A stretch of 60,521 nt of DNA, filler included, from Bipalium vagum (taxonomy: Eukaryota): NCBI GenBank assembly GCA_037834085.1. It is 3 parts of 3 records of this genome, joined end to end, with 100 filler letters (N's around TTAATTAATTAA, not from the genome) between each part and the next. Parts side by side here need not be neighbours in the genome. Positions count along the whole stretch, not along the records: positions 39,591 to 60,521 come from JBBMKC010244362.1; 2 more parts are not named here. One strand, 5' to 3'. Below, in pieces: positions 52,218 through 60,521 of this stretch. A program made the position numbers and the translations under genes. Positions within the stretch are counted from its first letter, which is position 1, and the number at the start of each line of letters is the position of its first letter. The notes below the pieces were generated by a model. That model did no database searches. It was not told the origin of the DNA and saw only the letters and a list, made by a program, of their open reading frames with translations.

Positions 52218-53733
52218 TACTTATTATCATTCATATTTTTCTGAGTCTTTATTAAACGACGTAGATATTTAGATTAATAAAACTAAAAAAACATCACCAA
52301 AACTAAAATTAAATGTTTACAATACTGAAAGAAAATAATTAAAAATTAATAATTTATTTAAGAAATAGGAAAATAAGAACAAGTATTGAAAATACAATCA
52401 CACTTAATAAATAATAATAAAAATGAAAAATGTTCTGGTAGAATTCTTTTTTACAAAAATTAATTTTCTTTCTTATTATTAAATTGTTGGTTTTATAATT
52501 CATGAAAGATATTATATATACATTATATTTTCAGATATTTTTCACAATTATCAAGATTTCGTCGAATGTGTAATTTTGGTATTGTGCATTTCTTATTACT
52601 GGACAAATCTTTGTACTATTAATCAGATTCAGTATTCATTAACGACTGAGATCAATAGTAATGAAAATATTAATGAGAAAAAGTTATTCTGACAAATTCA
52701 AATTGATTGAAATGAAAAAATAAATCGAAAAAGACATACCACAGTCGACAGACTTCTGCTAAGGAACATATATACTATTTTGACTAAAAGCACTTTTGGC
52801 AGAACTTTTTAAACATTTTTAAAAGGCCAATTGTTTTCTCACTAAATTTTTTGCCTTACTTCTTAAACTGATTGATTAAAATTATATTTTTTCAATGCCT
52901 GATTTTTTGGTTTTATCTTTATATTAATTGAAAAGCTGTTTATAAAAATCAATAATATTCGACATATTTTTACTGACTCAAATATGATTATTGTTTGAGA
53001 AAAACTAAAACAAAAAAATTAGAAAATTCTCATAAAAAATTTCTTTATAAAAACTTAACAGCATTTAAAAACCAAATTTTCAGATGAGATAATCATAATT
53101 TCATAATGATATAATAACACATTATAATCTTTCAACATTATTTCACTCTTAAAATATTATTGATTCAAATCATCCTTTATATTATAATAAAAATCAACTT
53201 TAATTTTTAAAAGATTCACATTTTAAAAATGTCAAATCGTACATAGATATTATTATATTACTTTACTATTTACTATTATTTATCTAATTACTTGGATAAG
53301 GTTTCCTAACCAGTTCTTTTAAATATTGTAAATCATTATTTGAACTGTAAACCAAAACTCTCAAATGTGGTTACCATTGCAAAGATGAATTTGGTTTGCG
53401 GCATCTTACAAAGTTATTACAATTCCATAAATTAAAAGTAAAAATAAATATTTATATAAATAATAAAATTGAAGTTTGTAAAGAAAAATAATATTTTAAA
53501 AAGCAGTTAAGAAAATATTCATATTAATAATATTATTCTAAAATTAAATAATATAAACACGTTAAATCAATAAATCAATAAAAACAAATTAACAAATACT
53601 ATATCAATAAAAAAAATTTAATGATGAAAAAAAATAATTATAATAGATAAAATATTTAAAGAATTAATATAATAATATTAAAAAAAATCAATATTATAAT
53701 AAATCGATATTATAAGAAGAAACAAGTTCATAC

Positions 53734-53955
53734 ATTATCATCTTTGGCAGGCATGAAATGCAGGGTTTCTTTCAATGATAAAATTGATTTATGTGCATCA
53801 ATGAACACTTGCGTATCGTTATTTGCGTCAATTTTGTCAATGGTGTCGGTGAATAATTTGTTAATGCTTTCGTGCACCGTAATAAGCGCATCTTCGCAGC
53901 TCGTGTGGTTCATGCTCAGGCGAGTCAGATTGTTGTGAAATCCATATTCGGCACA
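53734..53955 (-). CDS. srGAP-family (SLIT-ROBO RhoGAP-like) F-BAR exon
   Basis: CAG| ... |GTATGA, 222 nt, phase 0-0. CAEYGFHNNL...IDKIDANNDTQVF...LHFMPAKDDN aligns by eye to srGAP CDLGYHASL...ENLDA.SDKQRL...FEFQPHMGD. Confidence 0.85.
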
Positions 53956-55272
53956 CTGGATAATTATTTGATCGGAGTAATTAATTATATTTCAAATACA
54001 GTTAAACTAAAATCAATTATATTGTCTCATATATAATTGATTTCAGTGCAAAAATAAAACCAATAGTTGCAAAAGTGTCTTGGTATCGTAGAAATCTAAA
54101 TAATGCGAAATTTGATAAAAGGAATATTCTTCCCAAATGAAAAGTGCAAAATGAACGTGATCCCTGTCTGTTATTTATCTGTAAATATTTAATGACGGTG
54201 CATGTTTTAATTTACAAATCTGTGGTGCAAGTTTTATGAACTTGAAATGAAAATAAAGGACAAATGTGAGAAATAGCCACCACCACCATACCTTTGTGTT
54301 TCTATTTCAATTTTTATTGATTTATATCTGATTTTTAATTTTTATAACTTTATCGATCATATTAATTTAGAGTTTGTTTAAAATAATTAATAAGAAAATA
54401 TAAAATTATTTATTCAAACACAATTTCACAAAGAAATAATAAAATCGATATCCTTTCGCATCGCAATTTAAGGTAATTTTTATCCATTTATAATTTTCTC
54501 ATCCTATTCCTCTATCGATTTTGATATGGGTAGGATAAATTCAAAAAACTAACGACAAGATTCAATTGCAATTTCTGAGTCTGTTTGTCGACTTTATCGT
54601 TTTGCTTTATCTGTAGTAAAAAGACGAAAACATAAATAACATCTAGACTTGTTCAGATTTTCAACACGATTTATTTGACTTTGTTGCTTATATATTTGCT
54701 TTATATCATATCTAAGAGAATAACTCTTTTGCACTTAATTTGGAAAAACATTTTAAAATTCTCTGACAAAATTGAAGAATATCTAAATTTCCTAAAAACT
54801 TTATTCAATTCTAAAGGATGATAAAGAAATATAACTCTAGTAATTATTATCAATATTCAAGCGATATAACGTATGTATTTCATCATTTTTTTTCTCCCTT
54901 TCAAAAATCAATTAATTTCATTTTTAAGCATTTTTATTAATAAAATCATTTCAAAATCGGTACTACGTAAAATTTATTAAAAATTTTATTATATATTATA
55001 AATTGATTTTTATAATTTAAGAAAGTATGATTATGTGATGTTATTATGTTATGTTCTCAAATTAGAACTCTTTAATGTTATTTAATGTAAATTTTAAAAG
55101 ATTTTTAGTAAAATAATAACGATAATAAAGAATAATGTTAAATAAATAGTACCGAAATAAAAATTTACAAATATTATTTTTTGTTTTTCATTAATTTTTA
55201 GAGGATACAATAATAAAAATAATTATTTATACAATAATTAAATTAATAAATGGTTAAGACATGTATGTGAAC

Positions 55273-55325
<53 letters not shown>
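55273..55325 (+). repeat. (AAT)n microsatellite
   Basis: About 17 units. Confidence 0.95.
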
Positions 55326-55327
<2 letters not shown>

Positions 55328-56651
55328 GAATTTTCTATTTTTTTTCTTTCTATAAAATTTTTATGTGATAAAACAAATTAAAATTTTATTGAACATGAAT
55401 AATTTTTATTGGTTGTAAATAAATAATAATCAAAAATCTTAATAATTGGTAAGAAATACAATAATCAATAATAATAATATAAATAGCAATTAAGATTAAA
55501 AAAAATAATAAAAATTACTATTAATGAAATAAGGTAAATAAGTTAAGTTATAAATAATAAGTTATTTTGTTCTTATATTAAATCTCAAAAAAACCAAAGT
55601 AATTTAAATCAGTATGGAATTCTATGTCAATGAATTGAGCACAAATTAAGAATATTTTAAAATAGAGAACGTTTTCTGAGTTTAAAATTAGAATAAACTG
55701 TAAGCCAAAAAGACAATGGAACAATAAGTCTAAGAGATTGATCATTTTACAAATTCCTTGAACTTATAAAATAATATATTTCAATAAACATTCAATTCTG
55801 TAACGATGATAGCACAATAAATGGAAAAATCAATCGACACGTGCACTATACACTATTACATTATCATAACACGCGTTTATAATATTACTTCACCGGAAAT
55901 TTCGTGTTTATATATTGTAAAACAATTCCGTTCCATAATTCAATGAATCAAAATGCCAAGAATGAGAAAGCATCACAAATTAAAATTTGTGCTAATCTAT
56001 TATAAATTTCTTTCTTATTCACACTTTTGATCTGAGAACTTTGGTTTTAATCAATCTTTTTTAAATGAAAATATCAATTTTTATGTATGATTAACATTGT
56101 TAAAGAATGATATTCAATAACTAAGTTTGTTAACATAACAACTACCTCCCCGCACTCCAAGACAAAAGTAAATAATTGTAGGTAAATATCAAAATTATTA
56201 AATTTCAATTTAAATATAATACAATAATTATTATAATAAACTCATTAATAATAAATATATTATTAATAATCGGAATACGCACCATTTTACCAAATTATAA
56301 AGAAAAATTAATATTTTCTTAGTTTTGATAAGAGATCAAATTGTGATTGATTTTTTATGAAAAAATCAAAAAATTATCAATTAAAGAATATTGAGATCAA
56401 AGTTGCCATTTAATATTTTAATGTTGCGTAACCTAAATAACCACCAGTCACAAAAAATCAATCTTTATGTTACGCAGTTGAAATGTGTTTTTTAATATCA
56501 ATTAGCATCTTTTTTTTCAATGATTGGTTAGTGATAGAATAGACATGACTGTCTTAGAAAATGCAATGAAGCATAACTTAATTATTATTATCATTCAAAC
56601 AAACTCATAATATGTTTATATCAATAAAGATCAAATAAAGAAAATCAATAC

Positions 56652-56780
56652 CTCAACTATTGTCTTCAATTCATGTGAATAGAAATAATCGATTGTTTCC
56701 TTTAATGATACCAAATGAATAATATATTTGTTTCTGGCTATTGTACTGTCGGCCTGCTTACTTCGGAATTGAAGGCTTTT
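56652..56780 (-). CDS. srGAP-family F-BAR exon
   Basis: TTTCAG| ... |GTATTG, 129 nt, phase 0-0. KSLQFRSKQADSTIARNKYIIHLVSLKETIDYFYSHELKTIVE matches the srGAP/FCHSD motif ARNEYLL.L...N....YY..DL..LI. Confidence 0.85.
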
Positions 56781-59098
56781 CTGAAATGAATTTAATTGTT
56801 ACAGAATGATACAACTTTAACTTTCAATTTGTCTGTGACTAAACATAAGTTCACATTTCGTCCAAACCCATTCCTCCTCCTTCAACTTGTATAAATTTTA
56901 ATGAATTTGAAAAAACAATCAGTAATTATATTATTAATTTAAATTAGATTAATAAAAATAAAAGTTGAAGAACACAATTACAAAACTAAAATATTTTAAA
57001 ATTTATAAATATTAAAATTAATAACAAAATATTCTAGATATTGATCAAAAATTATAATTAAATTTAATTAAAAAATCAATGAATAATAATTAAATAAATT
57101 TTAGTGTAAAAAATAAAATTAAATCAATATTCTTATTAAAATTTAATTTATTCATTTTAATACTATTTTATTTATCATTTCAATCTGTTGAAATTAGGTA
57201 TTATTAATTTATAATAATAAATTGTATATTTGTTCTATTAATAATTAATCAATTAAATTTGATAATTTTTTATGTAAAAAATTTTTATAGAATTTTGAAA
57301 TTGCCAACAGTATTATTATATAATTTTTTAAAAAATAAATTAAAGTATATTAGGCAATGATTATTTAATAAATTTTAATAAAAAAAATTGATTTAATTAA
57401 ATTAAATTAGAACAAAACAAATAGTTCTAAAAGGTACTAAGCCTTGTACTAATGTTTTAATTTCAAATTTAATAAAATTTGCAATACAATATTATAGGGA
57501 TCTACTGACATTATTATATTTTGGTCATTTCTTTACGAGGTTAATAAATGGGTGTAAATATTTTTATAATTTAAACAATAAAATTTTAAATTTCAGAATT
57601 TTCCAAGCGAAAATTAAAGAAAAATTTTAAAATTATATTTTCTAGATTTTTTAAAAAAAGATTTCAAAATTTTTCATAAATTCCTTTCTAATCCTGATTT
57701 TTTAATATTAGAAAAGAGATATCAAGTTATTTTTACATCAGTTATTAAGAATCATTTCTCGAAATTTAATGGATTAGGATTGCTTAATTTCTTTATCATC
57801 CTAATTGACAAAATAATTTATTTTCTGAAAAATTGTTTTTAATGAATTAAATATTTAAGAATTTAATAAATAAATAAAATGATAATTATATTAAATAGAA
57901 AAAAATTTATTAAATAAATATATTAACTATTATAAGAATTATGATTTTAATAATAATAAACTAGAAATGAATGAAAATAATTTATATATTTCATCTGTAA
58001 ATAAAAAAATAATTAATTTTATTTAACAGAAAATTAATAAATTGGCAAAAATTTTTTTTTGCTATAAATCAGTATAAAACTCAAAAATAGTTTTCATTGA
58101 TTTCCAGATACTTATAAAACAAAAAATATTTAATATTTACAATATTATCTATAAAAAATAGAACAAATCAATTTTAAACAAAACAGGTCGTTGTGTAGGT
58201 AAGTTTATGAATAACATCAATCCAGAGGTTTTATATTTATTTAGAAAAACAGTATTCCAAGAGAAAAATCAGAAAAAAGGTCGATATATGTCTATCTATT
58301 GTTAAATATTCAATTTTTGATATTTATTGAATAAACAATTGTTCAAGGAAAATGACTTATAAATCAAATTGTACAAATTATTTCTGGCGTTTTTCAAACT
58401 ATTTTTCGAAAAATTACTAATTTTGTCGAAAAATATGTAGAAATAAAAATATTTCACGCCAACTCTAAATGGATTGGTTCGGTCAGAATGTCTGAGATGT
58501 GATAGAGGCATAAATATTGAGTGGTTCATAAACATATATAATAAGAAAGCTTTTCAAAGCAATCTTAAATATATTAATCAATAAATTGTAGGAATAAGTA
58601 ATGAGAATTCCTCGAGAAATTTTTAAATTATAAAAATCTAACTATATTTTTATTATTATATTTTTATCATTTTATTAAATATATATTTATTATTATTAGT
58701 TTAATTTTATATGTATTATTTAATTTATTTTTAAAATTGTTTTATTATTTATTATTATTTCACCTATATCGATACCAATAATTTTATTATATTTTCATTT
58801 TTTTACCGATACCCTGTTATTTTATATCATAAAAACTAAAATATTTAAAATATTATTTTATTCAATTATAAAATTCTACTATAATTATTATATAATCTAC
58901 TATTTAGGATATAATTAAAAAATCAATACCATAAAAATAAAGATGAAATATAAAAAAGGTATTTAAAAAATTTTTATAAAACAAAACTTGCAATAATTAT
59001 TTTATCCTTGTTCTCTAATTTTGAATAATTTAAAAATTTGAAAATCGTTCAAAATAAAATAAGAAAAAAACAATATTATCAATAAATAATTTAATTAC

Positions 59099-59326
59099 CT
59101 CTATGTATTCTTCTTTAAATCTTTTAATTCTCTGATTTTTTTCCAATTCTTTTTTCTTGTCTTGACAACGGACTACCTCACGATCTAACTGTTCCATTGC
59201 TCTGTCTGCTCTTTTTCTGGCTTCATCGGACTCGTTGAATGTTTTCAGGTACATCTTTTGTTTGGTCAACAGTTGATTAAGAGATCTAATTATCTCTGCA
59301 TGGTGTTTTTGCAAAATATCTGATGC
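59099..59326 (-). CDS. srGAP-family F-BAR coiled-coil exon
   Basis: TTTTTAG| ... |GTAATT, 228 nt, phase 0-0. ASDILQKHHAEIIRSLNQLLTKQKMYLKTFNESDEARKRADRAMEQL...KEEYIE is helical and joins the next exon in frame. Confidence 0.8.
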
Positions 59327-60521
59327 CTAAAAAGTATAATATGCATTTCTAACATAATTCAATTTGAAAGCGCTCTGTCGGATAAGTAATTATCCAAATT
59401 AAACCAGAAGTAGAAATAATCAGTGATAATGCTTTTTTATTATTTTTTAGAATTTTTTTATGTTCAGAATTATGGGCGAAATTAAAAACATATGCACTTT
59501 TTGATTTTTTTTTAATTATTCATTGTTATGAAAAATGAGTAAGAAAATAATCGAATTAGAAGTTCTTTAATTAATTCTTTCCAATAAAAAATATGATTAA
59601 AATATAAAAATCCTTATTAAAAAATTTTAAAATTATATAATATATTATGTAAAATATAGAGAATTTCTGTAAGATATTTGCATTTTATAATTAAATTCAT
59701 AAATTAAAAATCAATTTTATGAAAATCACAGTTTAATGATTACATTTGTTTGAAAATTCAAATTTGTCATAGCCAAAAAATAAATAAAAAATTATCGACT
59801 TTAAGGTCAAAATCAATAGGAATTATTTGATATTTTGGAAAGTTTTTATATTTTCTTTTGAGAATATGAAATCAAAATAGGAATTAATTATTTTTATTTC
59901 TGTACTACTTTTATGGCCTACCGACTCGTTTGACGAATTCATTGAAGCCAATATTGAAGAATTGATTTATAACAGGCAAGTGTCATTTGTAAGTCAATAA
60001 AACCTTCCATTCTAGTCTCAATTTTTTTACTGTCATCATATTATTCGGAAATGAAATTCTGAAATCAATTTCATTCTTCAATAATTTCTTGAAATAAAGT
60101 GCCTTTTATTTAATTTGGTATTTGAAAATTCTCATTATTTTATAGTATTAACTTTTATTTTATATAAAATTATCTTTTAAAAAACTAAAAATTTCTTTTC
60201 ACTAAACTATTATACCAATTGCCTTCCGTAAGTTACTATTGATTATTTTATTTATCCGTTCTCTATAACTTCTTTAAATCAATCGAAATATTAAGCAAAA
60301 AAACTCATTTCAAAACTCATTCATAATACTATTGGTTTTGTGGAAAAACTTTTTTCTTGATTCTTCTGATAAAATTGGCCGTTTTTTTAATGTAAAAATT
60401 GATTTTCTGTCAGCAAAAGAAGTAAAATTATCTTGGGATATTACATTTCTTTTTTAACTTCTTTTTATTTTGTACTGATTATTTAACTTTTCCGTTAGCA
60501 AACATATATATATATATATAT

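Noticed and set aside
1-60521. CRISPR arrays, tRNA/rRNA, spliced-leader RNA, operons, viral genes
   Set aside because: No regular repeat-spacer array, cloverleaf, rRNA-like or SL-like sequence, or viral hallmark motif was seen; the DNA is intron-containing and eukaryotic.

Overview
Very AT-rich eukaryotic (metazoan) genomic DNA. AT content, short GT-AG introns, (TAA)n microsatellites, many mariner subfamilies and a NeSL/R2-type retrotransposon relic suggest a planarian-like flatworm (inference only). Host genes supported: (1) a + strand nine-zinc-finger (mixed C2H2/CCHC) transcription factor with a PxDLS-type CtBP motif, made of a candidate 32-codon first exon at 6417-6512 and a large exon at 10183-12645; (2) a - strand srGAP-family gene, of which three phase-0 F-BAR exons are visible at 53.7-59.3 kb; (3) a phase-consistent four-exon 3' end of an unidentified - strand gene at 17177-18094 that the ORF track misses. 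The rest is a transposon graveyard: about 20 mariner relics or deletion derivatives, two pogo/Tigger-like MITEs (one with a nested mariner MITE), an ITm DD37E-like relic, a probable Helitron helicase relic, an RLE non-LTR 3' end and an AT-rich foldback. Two 100-nt gaps carry an artificial six-frame-stop linker, so contiguity across them is unproven. I see no prokaryotic features, CRISPR, tRNA or rRNA, and no clearly demonstrable new system. The best leads are the triplicated zinc-finger architecture and a possible F-BAR-only srGAP.
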